64,000 nt of DNA, taken from positions 2,976,001-3,040,000 of the forward strand of contig JBLDXI010000020.1 in NCBI GenBank assembly GCA_047495785.1, read 5' to 3'. Under the pieces are notes generated by a model. That model did no database searches. It was given only the letters and a program-made list of their open reading frames with translations, and had not been told where the DNA came from. Positions 13,141 through 25,600 of the stretch are shown piece after piece; the first letter of the stretch is position 1; each line of letters begins with the position of its first letter. The translations under genes were made by a program, and so were the position numbers. This stretch comes from Lepidodermella squamata (taxonomy: Eukaryota; Animalia; Gastrotricha).

Positions 13141-14846
13141 TTATTGGTCATCACTTTGTTTCGAATTTTTTACGATTGTTCCTATGATTTTTGAGGTAGA
13201 ATGGATGGCATCAGTCAAAGAGCTGAATAGCCATTGCTTTTCCCGGCATTTGGCCATGAACATGCTTGGGCTTTTCAGAAAACCAAGTTTCCGTCTGCTG
13301 TTAATCCTGCCGGGATCGGGATCCACGATTTTCTCAACTCGTTTCCTCACTGTAAAATTTGCAACGAAGAAGCCGGACACCTTGTTGTCGAAAATCGACG
13401 CCATATTCCAAAGAAGGACAGTATCGAAAATCGGCCGGACGGGTGATGAGCCGATCATTGAAGTTATGTCCAGTCGAGATTTTAGCAAAAATTGAGCAGT
13501 TGTAGCTTCCAGTTTTTCGCACCAGCTCCGCCCTTCAGTTTCCAAATTACAAAAAACTGGAATCGGCCATATGTTCGACGCTATTTTTCCACTGTACATA
13601 TACTCGGCATCGTTAGACCCAGTATTGACCTTATCATAAGAGGTGATGTAACTCAGCCGCTTAGCGTCATTGAATACAGATCTGATCCAGGTGTCAACCG
13701 GGCATACTGAAAACGCATTCGTATCAGATCCGTAAAATATGTTCGAACTACTAGCGGCTTGATTAGGCGAAACGATGAAGATCCTTTCATAACCTGCCAC
13801 TTTCGCGGAGGCGAGGTATTCAAGAACGAAATGCCGGAATAATTCGACGTAAAGACCATCCTCTTTGCCGTCAGTTGTCGGATCTTCGATGAAGCTAGGT
13901 GCGCCAAAGTGAGTGATAACAACAGAGCGCTGATTTTGAGTCGGAACAGTCGACTTATCATCCCCGAATTCTTGTACGAATAACGCGAAAATGATGACTT
14001 GTTGTGGAGATTCGGTAGATTTTTCAAATAGGAGCAGTGTTTTTGACCTAAATTCAATTGATTGTCCAGGCATTTGAAGCATTTCTTTCACGAAATTTGA
14101 GATCGGGATTTTAGTCTTTGAGCTTGAAACCATCCTAACTCCAATTCTAAGATATGGAGGTACTGTTGCGTAGTAAGTCCGCTCGGCTAAATAGGCGTCG
14201 AGATGACCTTCTAGTCGGTCGCTTAAAACAGTTCTTGGTATATCTGTTAAGATGGAGTTGACGAAATCGTATGAACAATTCAGAAAAACGTACCATCTAT
14301 CGAAAATTTTGGCTTCCGAGGAGTAGCCCTTATCACTGGCGTAACGACTGTAGATTTTCACTACTAGGTGTAGATCGGAACTCATAAACGTCAACAGGTG
14401 CCTTAGTGGGATGAAATTTTCGCTCGTGGCTCTTCAGATCCGCATCATTGTCCAAACTTAACCTGCATTTCTAGGATTAAGAAAAGTAATAGCATCTGAA
14501 AAGGGTCTTTAAATCGTACCTTGCACGTGACAGATGGACGAGGAGGGCTGGCAGTTCTATGGGCTTTGTTTTGATGTTGTATTAGACCTTGCCCGGCTTT
14601 GAACATCAAATTGCAGTATTCGCATTTTACGAACTTTTGCGCCCGGCCACTTTTCCTGCTAGCTTGGTACGAGCTGATGACTGATTCCTGCTCTTCCTTA
14701 ATCGATACCTCATCATCACTGCTGATAATTTCCAGTGGAGACGGCTTGTGAGCCGATTTATGATGTTTTAGGAGTTGCTCGAGTGAGCTGAATGCGACTG
14801 AATTCGTGCAAATTCTACAAATGTGATCGTTCAACGATCTCTTCAT
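13141..14846 (-). CDS. 3x C2H2 zinc-finger + degenerate KAT3-type HAT-domain protein, copy 3 (apparent 1-nt frame break near 14356)
   Basis: Exons 14846-14520, 14470-14294, 14243-13141. Fingers CRIC..HHKSAH, CEYC..HQNKAH, CKKC..HERKFH. RKPKFSIDDIPRTVLSDRLEGHL, IGVRMVSS, FRSKTLLLFE, IFALFVQEFG, NQRSVVITHFG, IVDPDP, FMAKCREKQWLFSSL..AIHST closely follow the p300 HAT sequence. Confidence 0.8.
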
Positions 14847-15549
14847 CTTAAAATTGTAAAAATATTATAGTAATTTCCACTGTCCTTACGGTTGAGTGCC
14901 AGGTACAAGTGAAGTGCTCAACTTCTGAGGGTGATATATACGCGTGATAAGAGATTAAATATTTTTGTGTGGAAGGATGACAGCTTGGTAAATAGCCTGT
15001 TGTCGTAGTAGTTATTATCATCTTGTCGCCGCACGTAGCCGTGACACGAAGTGCTCTCTATTATTCTGAAATTTCCATTGATGAAACTAAAGAAGTTTTA
15101 CTAAGGCATCCAAATTGGCGCCGCTAATCCTCGCGCTTGTTCTCATTTGCAGTCGTGGAGATGCGGTAATGTGGTTCTTAATGTTCAACTGGTAAATTTG
15201 GATCAGCACTCATGGCGAGATGTAGCAAACTTCAGAACTTCGAAGATCATGATCAATGTAGTTAATGGAGAGAAAATGATAGTAAAATACCGGTTTCAAT
15301 TTTTGCCTAAAAAGTCCATGATAGAAAAGCTGGAAGCCGGGATCAACTAATTTATACCTAGTTATGAGCAAACGCAGAACAAAATTCAAAATCTAGCTAA
15401 AGAGCCCCACTCTTCAACGAGAAATTTCCAAAAAGTAGACGAGAAAGGCTTCTCAAAGTAAAAAGCCCACTGCTTTCCTTTTTATTTTCTGATTGGCACC
15501 GATTTAACCTGAATCAATCTTGAATAACTGTAAATATCCAAACATATGA

Positions 15550-18350
15550 TCACTGCAGCAGAGGCAGCATGTCGAGCCGATTTCTCTCCAGGGCGAACAT
15601 AAAAGCCGTTTGGCCATTATGAGCTTGGGCGTTGATATCGGCCCCGCGATCGATCAGCAGCCTAACAGTAGCGATATGGCCATTAACAACCGCTAAAATC
15701 AGCGACGTAGCACCCTCGTCACTCCTCGCTTCGATATCCGCCCCACGTTCCAATAACAACCTAACAACTGGAGTATGGCCACACGCCGATGCGCACATCA
15801 AAGCTGTCGCGCCGTCGCTAGCCATGTGAGACAGATTAGCGCCGTAATCAAGCAGCAAACGACAGCATTCCAGATGACCATTTGAAGCGGCCTCAAGCAA
15901 AGCCGTTTGTCCACTTTCAAAATGGCTCATTTCCATCTCCCCGCCGTTGTCAAGAAGCAGTTTCAGGATATCTTCATGGCCCTTAGCCGCTGCTTGGATC
16001 ATCGCGGTACTGCCCTTTAGATTCGTAGCATTCACGTTAACACCTTGAGCTAGTAACATAGCAACTATCCCAGTGAAACCGCCATCAGCTGCGAAAATCA
16101 ACGCGGTATTGCCGTGAACTGAAGTTGCGGTAAGGTAATCAGCTCCGCATTCTATCAAATAGCTCGCAACCTCGTAGTGGCCATAAGTCACCGCGCAAAG
16201 TAGAGCTGTTGTTCCATCTGATGCTTTCGCCTCGAGATCAGCTCCGTATTCGACTAGGGTTTGAACGGTTTCCAGCCAGCCATTCCTAGCCGCCCAGATT
16301 AAGGCGGTATTGTCGCAGCAAGTAACATCTTTCGTTTCGATATCAACCCCAACTTCCAACAAATTTCGAACTCGGATGTTAAAGCCGTTTTTCGCTGCTT
16401 CAATCAACTCGGGGCTCTAAGTTTTGCAAGATTAGGATTCAAAAGAATGGCTTCAAATACTCACTTGATCAGGAAATTGAGACATAAGACTAGATCTCCT
16501 CGTAATCGTCCTTTCTGATTCGTATTTCGTTAAATCACGTTTCAGCAGTTCGATTCTAGCTAGAGCTTGTTCTAGCTCAAGGGAAGTTTCAGCAAGTCGT
16601 TGTTCGTAATCAACACTTTGCCTGTGTCTACTCATCATTTCGGAAGCTTTATAGCCCTATAAAATCAGTTGTTTGAGAAGACATAGCCTGAAGCAGGTTC
16701 GACCATTTTACCTCAACCACTGTTTCCAAATCGGCGACTATTTCTTTGGCCCGATTTTCTGCTTTGACAGCATCCTAGTTAAAGATTCGATCTCAAAGAA
16801 AGCGTTTTCATTCCAAAAGAAACATACGCTTAGCTTTGTCAGCAATTTTCCGATTTCTTTTTCTTGTTCCTACAGGGAAATCGGACATTAAAGTCGAATC
16901 TTAACGGATTTTATTAAAATTTTTACCTTGATTCGAGAAAGTAGTTCCGCTTTCTCCAATTGGGATCTCTGTGTAAAGAAGAATGTTGTTCACTGTGATA
17001 TCGATAAACGGAACCAACCTGCAGCTGATCGATGAGTTCATTTACCCTGGCCTCTGCTGTAATCTTCTCAGCCTGAAGAGAGGTCAAGTTTATCCCGTTA
17101 CCAAATGGTCCAATAAATACTTACTTTAGCTTTCTCTATCTTTTCCTTTCGACGCTTTGCCTGAAATGAGTTGGCAATATATATGATAATGCATTCAGGA
17201 AAACCAACTTTTTTCTCGTTTTTCATGTCTGCAGTTGCTGATTTTAAGAATTTGTTCGTATGAGTGAGATCACTGATATTAGGCCGTCTATCCTTATCCC
17301 GATGTAGGATTGCCGAAACGAGATCTTGCAGAGTTTTGGTGTATTTACTGGGTATGCTGGGAATCGCTCCACTGCAAAACAATCAATCAGTTGATAAAGA
17401 GTGGACTAGACAAAAAAATTACCTGCAAATCGATGTTTTCAATTCAACAGCACTCCCAGGAAACTGTAAAGAAATTCATATGAATTGATGGTTCAAGAAT
17501 GCTCTCTCAAATACTAACCGGATGCTTCAGTGAGCATATTTCGAAGATAACAATTCCGAACGCCCATATATCCGACTTGGGAGTAAAAGGCTCTTTAGAT
17601 GATTCAAGATTTTCTGGCGCCAGATATGTTTCAATCCTACAGCAACAGCAGCAGTCCAATATATTATGAGGGGTTTAAACTAGAAACAAATGCTCAGACT
17701 TTTCCTGTGGCGACATGTTTGACAGCTTCAGCGTTTTTTGCCCATCGTTATCGGCGGCGAAGAAGATATTCTTTAGGGAGATACATAAGTATATGCATGC
17801 GCTTAGTACGATCAAATTAAATAATCGTTTTAAACCTCGCATGCTATGTTCTTGTGAGTGATTTTCTTCTTGTGCAAGTACTTGAGAGCGGCGGCCAGTT
17901 GCGCGACCCATAGCCCGATAGTCGTTTCATCGAACAGCTCGCCGTTCTGTAATTCAATCATCTTCCGCAGTGAACCAAAGCTGCAGTATTCCATTACAGT
18001 GTAAAAACTCCCATCCTCTGTACATAACAATGATGATGATGAGAATTAACCAAAAAATATGTCAGAATTTTACCCATGAAATGCCCAGCAATCTTAACAA
18101 TATTCTCATGATTCAATTGTTCGGCATACTCAGCCTGGAAGGAAATGATGGAACCAAAATGTTCAGATGATTAAGGAGGAACCTGTTTCGCCAGCTTATT
18201 GGCTTCGGAATCCTTTGTCACTCGTTTTTTCCTTACCAGCCAACTTTCATTTGGTTTCGATCTCAGTTTCGTGACATAAGTTATGGTTCCCTTCGCTGCA
18301 TTGTCTGCAACCTGCTTGCTGTCAACGAAATCTTGCCAAGAGGAGAACAT
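15550..18350 (-). CDS. NEK-like pseudokinase + coiled coil + ~8-9 ankyrin repeats
   Basis: Small exons give LNHENIVK, FYTVMEYCSFGSL, LWVAQLAAALKYLHKKKITHKN, YLAPE, KSDIWAFG..FEICSLKHPF, IPSKY..L..LV..IL..D...RP (NEK-like). Coiled-coil exons then lead in frame into the ankyrin exon ~16397-15550 (G.TAL..AA..G repeats). Confidence 0.8.
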
Positions 18351-20593
18351 GATTTTCACACCGGAACAAACAACTACTATGAATTGCCTTCAAGTGCTCT
18401 CATTATACTACGCTGGTGTACTTTATCTTTAAACTCAGCGTATAAGATATGCTTTCGTCCACTCGAGCGATAAACTCCCGGCTCATTAGCATGTGTGAGA
18501 TCTCAGCAGCTACCAAGAAAATGCTTCGTCACAACAGGTGCGGATAATATCATGGTATTTTTTCATCACCACCCAGTTTTTTGCCCGCTCAAAAACCAAA
18601 ATGGCGTGACTCGATGCGCCTTTTGAAGTGGTGTGCGCGGATGAGCCAAAAAACATGTTGTCGAAGCGCTGCTGAACGCCCACACCACTTATCGAAAATG
18701 TGCAAAAAAAAAGCTGACACTGAGCAGCGCGGCAGGGGAAAAAAATAAGCCCCGCGGGCATCTTGAAGCGTGACGGCAATCTGGATCAACGGCGTTTATT
18801 CAAATGTCGACACATTAATCACGCGATGAATAAATAGCAGCAAAAAAATAACACGCATTAATTGAATTAGGTCATGTTATTTACGGCGCGTGTTTTTTTA
18901 TTACCTGCTGTCATTCTGCACTTGAAATTGAGCCAAGCTTAATTAATAACGTTTTTGACACACCGATATAATAAAAGTAATCCGACATTTATTGTTTTCG
19001 CTGTGTCAATTGTACCTGGTGAAGGACTCTGGCCACTTGTCGCCGCCGCGACTTGTGCTATCGAAATAATGGCCGGCTCGACGGCGGATGTTGTAAAGAG
19101 ATAGCGCGCGCCGGATGACCTCTTCTCGACGCCGCGTAGAATACCAGCTGGCGCTTTGTTTATCAGCGCTGCGCAAGCGAGCGACACACGTCGCTTTTTA
19201 CGCGCGCGCGCGCTGCGCTTCGAATCAAGACAATAATGACCCGGTAAACTCGCCCACAGCGGTGAAATTTCCCGTTTTTATTGTGCGTGTATCCATTTGG
19301 CACGCAGCGCAAACAACTGCGGCGGAAAGAAGCTGTGAAAGAAGAGACTAGGCAGGCACCTAGTAAAATGGGCGTGACAACAAAAGCCACCACAGGCAAT
19401 CGCGCGGGCGGTTGGGTGGGCCAAAAATGAGCCGCGCTCTTGACTCGCGCCTGTCAAAGCAATTTGCGCGTCGAGACGGCCTCTTGACGCAGTATCAAGC
19501 CGCTCATTTATACGCCTCATCTGCACTGGCGGCAAATAACTGGACCGCGGCGGAAAATATTGCTTATACACAGCGGCAGCAGCGGCGGAACAGGATCCGA
19601 AAAAATAATTCATTCACCTCATCGTCATCGGCGTATGAAAATCGACCGGGAAATGAAATGAATAAATAAATAAATAAAAACACGCACTCGTTTCGAACTC
19701 TGCTAAAAGGCCGTTTTTATTATTGTTTGTCGAGAGCAATCTTTTTTCCATCTTTCAAATCGCTGGCGAGAGAGATAAAGGAATCATTTGCCTCATCTAC
19801 GCCAAAAGTGTAAACAAAACGTAGAATAATAATAATAGAATTAATATTTCATATAATATAATATACGATAAATTCACAATGATTTTTTTCCATCATCATC
19901 AAAAGCACACGCAGCGCCTACTCGTTCAACTTTTCAAATATTATTATTAATAATTTTTAGATGCACACACATAAACACGATTTTTCTTCTTCTTCACCGC
20001 AAATATGATAGTACGATAATCGCGTAAATTATTCATCAATATTTTGTTGAGCGCGGTGGCATATCGTCGTCGTCGTATTGCATAAAAATTATCATTTTTT
20101 TCGTTCATTTTTCAGGGGGGGAGCAAAGGAGGAGGGAAAAACTATTAGCGAGAAATAAATTACTTCAATTTGTTCACGCGTTCACGAGTAGATTTTTTTC
20201 CGTGTCGTAAAAATTGAGATGAAGAGCGTGCGCGAACAACACGAAATATCCTGCCGTGATTAAAAATATGATGATAATTTTTTTTCAAGCAAATTTACGT
20301 GCCTCGCGGCACGCAATTTTTCACGTAAACAAGACCTATATCTTTTTCCACAACCTATTTCCTCCGAAGTTATTTTTTTCCATCTATCAGAAAGAGCGAA
20401 AGTATAAAAACATCTTCTTCTTTGTTCAATAAATCACCTCTTTTAATAATATATTTGACAGGGGCACAATAATAAATGTTGAGGGGAGAGATAAACAGAT
20501 TTTTTTTGTATCATCATCGTAGAAAGAAAGAGAGGAATTTTTTCTTTGGATTCAACGTGGCTATGAATGCTTGAGAAAAAAACAGAACAGAAA

Positions 20594-22613
20594 TCAATGA
20601 TCGTCGACCAGATCGTCGTCGTCCTCCTCGTCCCAGCACTGCGCGTCTTTATCGGCGAGGGCGTGGTGGTGATTATTGTTGAACAGCCGTTTCGGCACGT
20701 GGTTTCGATGAGATGACGATTTGACAGAGACATTCGACGACGCTGAAGAGTACGACGATATCGACGACGCCGTTGTTGTCATAGTCGACGAGCGTGTGAT
20801 CATGCCGGATGACGACAACGGGCTGCCGACGAGGAAAGCTTGCGAGTGATTACTTGTACTAGTATTATTACTATGGTTATTTTGCGATGATGAGTTATTG
20901 TGATGCAAATTTCGACTCGTATTATTATGGTGCCGGTGGTTGCTACTGCTCGCCGAGTAGTTCGAGTAGCGATGCGGCACCTGGCTGCGGTGAAACTCCC
21001 AGCCGCAATCGCCCGCCGCTGAGTCACCCTGTTGCTTGTACTTTTGAGACGCGTGCGGGTTATCGGCGTACTGCGGCAGCATGTAAACTTCTAAATGCCG
21101 CAGAAATCCATCGTTCTCAACAGCAGCAATGTCCCGACGAATTTCCTACAACAAAAATAAAAAAATAAAAAATGCTGCTTAAAATATTGAACATTTTTTC
21201 TTCCTTTTTAGGCATTAAATTTCAAGTTCAGACAGTTTTCACGCTCGATCAAAAAAATTAAAAATCCTCCTTAATTTATTGATTTTTCTGGAAAAGTCCT
21301 TGTTAATTGTTAAAATATTCTGAAAAATCCTCCTTAAAATATTCATTATTTTGCGGAAAATTTTTCCTTTATTATCATCATTTTTTCTTTTTTTTCCATT
21401 AATTTTTCCCCGAGCAGAAACTCGAAAATTCAGACAGTTCACGCTCATTGATCAATTAGCGAGATCTATCATGTTTTTCTGAGAAATTAGATATCCACCG
21501 CGCACGTGCGAGCACGATTTTTTGAAGAATCAAATTTCACACTCGAACTCGCAGGCCTCAATATTGGGTACAGGAAGATAAAAAAACAGGAAGCTGCAAG
21601 CATCCTTCCGGGGCAAAAAAAACACACGTCAACAGATGATTAATTAAAGGCAGAAATTTCTAGAAGTTACTGCAGATGCAAAAAAATGGGAAATTCTCAG
21701 AAAAATCTATAGACTCAGCAATTCATGATTACAAATCGCAGTTTTGATTGATTAGCAACGCAATTAATATGCACGGTAAAAGATTAATAACGTCTGGGAG
21801 ATGCAAAAACTACTGGGTTATATTGATTTTGTTTCTTAAAATAACATCTTGAACTCAATCGCAAGAGATTAAGAGCAAGCTGCTAAATTAATTTTCCGAG
21901 CCAAAAATAACAAATTGATAAATCTAGAAAAAATCTAATAAAATGCTGTACCAAAGTAATCTCGCTAAAATTTCAAATAAAATATCAAGCAGGGTTAAAT
22001 GAGATTTTCAACAATATTAAACGTGTCCAAATTTAGGACTATATCAAAATAAAAAATTTCAATTTTTCATAGGAATTTAAATTTAAAAAAATAATCGAGA
22101 AAATAACATTTAAAAATTTGATTCTTTTGAGCTCATGACCCAGTTTTTAATTGAAAATTTCAAAGCTGAAAACAATTCAAAATTGTAGGTATGTACCTTG
22201 AATAGGGCTTCTTTCTTTTGAGCTTCAGTAATAGCGGCGCCCTCGACGCATCGGCCTTCGAGCAGGCGCTTATCACGAGTCGCCGACCGGCGACACCAGC
22301 ACCACACGAGCAGCGCCGTGAGGCCGAGGATGATGGCGCCGCCGAGCGAGACGAAAATCGCCACGTAGAGCACAAGCGGCGGCTGGTGGTGGTAAGTGGC
22401 CTGCTCGAACTCGGCCGCCGCCGCGCCGTTGCTATTATTATTATCAGCAGAAATGTTGAACAACGGCGCCGCATCGGAGGAATGTGAAGAAGACGACGAA
22501 GTATTGCCGTTGAATTCGTCTGTTGAAGATTCTTTCTCGGCGTGTTTCGCGGCTATCGCTAGCAGCTGGCTGGCGATGGCCGTCGTTAGCGGGTGTTCAC
22601 CGGACAGCGCCAT
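20594..22613 (-). CDS. Orphan single-pass membrane protein with Ser/His/Asn-rich cytoplasmic tail (~320 aa)
   Basis: Exons 22613-22197 and 21145-20594 join in phase 0; TM LVLYVAIFVSLGGAIILGLTALLVWCWC followed by RR; acidic C-terminus. Confidence 0.6.
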
Positions 22614-25600
22614 TTTCACGTTACGCGTAGGTCTCTTTCAACCTACGCTATACACTTGTTGGCACCAGGCGCCGATTTTCGAACACAGCAAACCGGCGCA
22701 AAAAATAGTTTAATATTATCCAACAAAACCTATAATATAGGTAAAAAAAATAGTATACATTGCGAAAAAATGCTAATAGGGAAAGCTACTAACAAGCCAA
22801 TCGACCGTTGCCTTGAATAATAAATTAGTTTGATCAACGGTTTTTTCCCAGGGGCCAATATTTTTCGAAAAAAAGAGCAATATAAAAGCGGTAATAAAAA
22901 TCCACCTTAACGTACAAAAAAACGCACTCATCTCGAAAAAAATTAATAAAAGAATTCGCCGAGTTTAGTGCGCAGCTCAATTTAATGCGATATGACATCT
23001 TGAAGTTTGAACTCTGAGGATCAAGGATAAAAATAAAATCAATCTCCAGAGATATTTTCAAGTGCAAACACGCAGATGACAAGATCGGCTTCTCAAGTAT
23101 TTAAGAAGTCAGTTACTTATAAATGTTAACAAGTGTAGCGATGATGATAAGTACGAGCCGAAGAACACGAATAATTAGCCGTTATTTGTGTTTAGCAGGA
23201 TATCTAGCGGTTAAAAGGGTCCCGTCAAGTCACAGGCAGTAGCGTAGGCCGGCACCAGGTGGCAATTGTGATGATGGTGCGATATAAAAGGTGAAAATAT
23301 TATACTACTACGACTACTACGGCGACGACGACATACAGCGGCTGCTGCTGCTGCCGACAATGCGCGCGACAAACACGTCGTGTCGCCGAGTCAAGGCCAT
23401 TACTGCGGCTAAAAAGCCCCTCTATTATCTTCTTTATCATCGCTTTTAAGCTAGGCAAGACAACTAACTACTAAGTAAAGCGTGTAATACCTACGCGCGA
23501 TAGAGAACAACTCTGTGCCTGCCTTGCGAAAAATACAATGTGTAAATAGTAGTTAGAACAAGAGTAAGTTTTATTGTACATTAATTGACAAGAAGTAAGC
23601 CGTGTATTTCGATATAAAAGCAGCAGCAAGCTCGTGGGCGATATATTCACAGATAGATGCAGATGAAATAGCAAGCGTGCTTTTCATACAATAATAAATA
23701 CACATGTATCCATCCATCCATCTTGCGAGGCAAAAAAGAAGTCCAGAAAAATATATATTATTGTAGCAAGCAGCACAAAAGCGCCGCCAGAAAAGACGGC
23801 ACCATTGTATCTTTTTTACATAAGCATACATGGTGTGTATTATATATCATCAGGGTCAAAGTCATTTTACAAAACATTGTAAAAATGACCAGAGGGATGA
23901 ATTTTTCAATGTGAATATATGCGGTAATAACAATATAATTAAGGTCCCACTTTGCATGCGCATAAATCGCAAGCGTGTTTATGCAGTAGTTTTGCTGTGA
24001 GCAGCGACAAACACAACGCGAAAGCGAGCAAGCGACGACACACGGCCCAGGTAATAAAAATTATGCGCGACGCGACAAACCGCGATGGCCAAGCGTGTGG
24101 GCGTGTGTCCGCGTACCCTCATCTCCATACGACGCGCCTCAGCCTTGACCGACCTACTACGACTACTATTTTTTCACACAACAAATATCAACAACAAAGA
24201 ATTAATTACCACACACACGCGCTGCCCCTAACAGGTAATAACAATAAAAATTTGTCGACGACATATGCTGTTTATGAAACATAACACCGAGTCCTTGAAA
24301 CGAAAACATAACTCCTGAACCGACGATTTTTCTCGCCTGAAAACAAACTTCTCAGTGCAAAGTTTTTTCTTCTTCCCGAGTGCAAATAATAGCAGTTAGT
24401 CGGATTCAACGTTTGTATAAATTACACAGTGGCACAGAAAAAAAACGCAAATGAAAAGAAACCGCGATCGTTAGGTATTAATATCACGCGCAATTGAAGG
24501 TAGAAGAAGCCAAGCAAATTAGCCATTCTTAGCGAATAAGAAATTAATGTAAGACACGCCAAATTCCACTCATTACACATTACTTTCGAGGTGAAAGAAT
24601 GTGCATAGCCTGAATGCAACGACTCGTGCGTTAGGTGAGCAAATAATCTGCTGCCCTCGTCGCGTCACCTCGCTTTCCTGTACAACACCTACTGTGTCTA
24701 CTCAGAGAGGAGAGATATTGCATTAAATCAATACCGTAGGCGGGGGGTAGAGAGAAAAAAACGCGTTCACACTTCATGTGTACTTGATCGATTTCTATCT
24801 AGTCTACACATTTCCAGTAACAACTCGTCAATGCTAGATGCATATCAAGTGCCACCAGCTAATTTTGTTCACACACTACGGCGAGAAATACGCGCCTAAA
24901 ATAACGCAATTAATAAGGCTTTATTAAAATTTAAATGCATCTAACGATTATCGAATATGGACCGGAAGCGACGGACTTGCACTTTCAAATATGTCCTCAT
25001 GACATACGCGTGTTTATTTTTGAGAGTGAAAACATGACGGTGGTTAGGCGAAACTCATTAATGAATGGCTTTCAGGCCGATATTTAAACGGAGACCACCG
25101 CCGCCGCCAAAACACACACAACAAGTGCATATCTTTAGTTAAAAGATTTAAATCTAGCTGCCATTGAGATGGCAAATGAGCTTGCGCGTGTTAGCGAATA
25201 TGCGTGTGTGAACTAAACTGGAGTGGCTTTGGGATCAAAAACGGATTCAAGTAGGATTAAAAGAGGCGTCTCGCAGAAAAACAGCAAATTTAAAGCAGCT
25301 GGTCGACAAATAATGCATCTTTGCCAGTGAATAACGTAACAGATACTCGAGATGTTAAAATAAAATGAGTTTATTACGCACGACCGTGAGAATCCAGTTT
25401 TCTTGAACAAGAATTACCACCAGTCTATTCGAACATTCAATTAAAATTATCACCAAACAGCAACGTATCTACCAACCTATAAGGAAAAGTGACATGAGCA
25501 TCCAAATAATGTTAATAGTCAAGATCAAGCAATGACCAGGCCATTTTCATCCTAGGTAAGCATTTAATAACGCCCGTCTGGACCTACAACTGCAATTTAA

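Noticed and set aside
13136-14057. Overlapping and antisense ORFs here and over Sec15, ZIP, AKR and the TM gene
   Set aside because: Shadow frames of real coding exons with no independent signals
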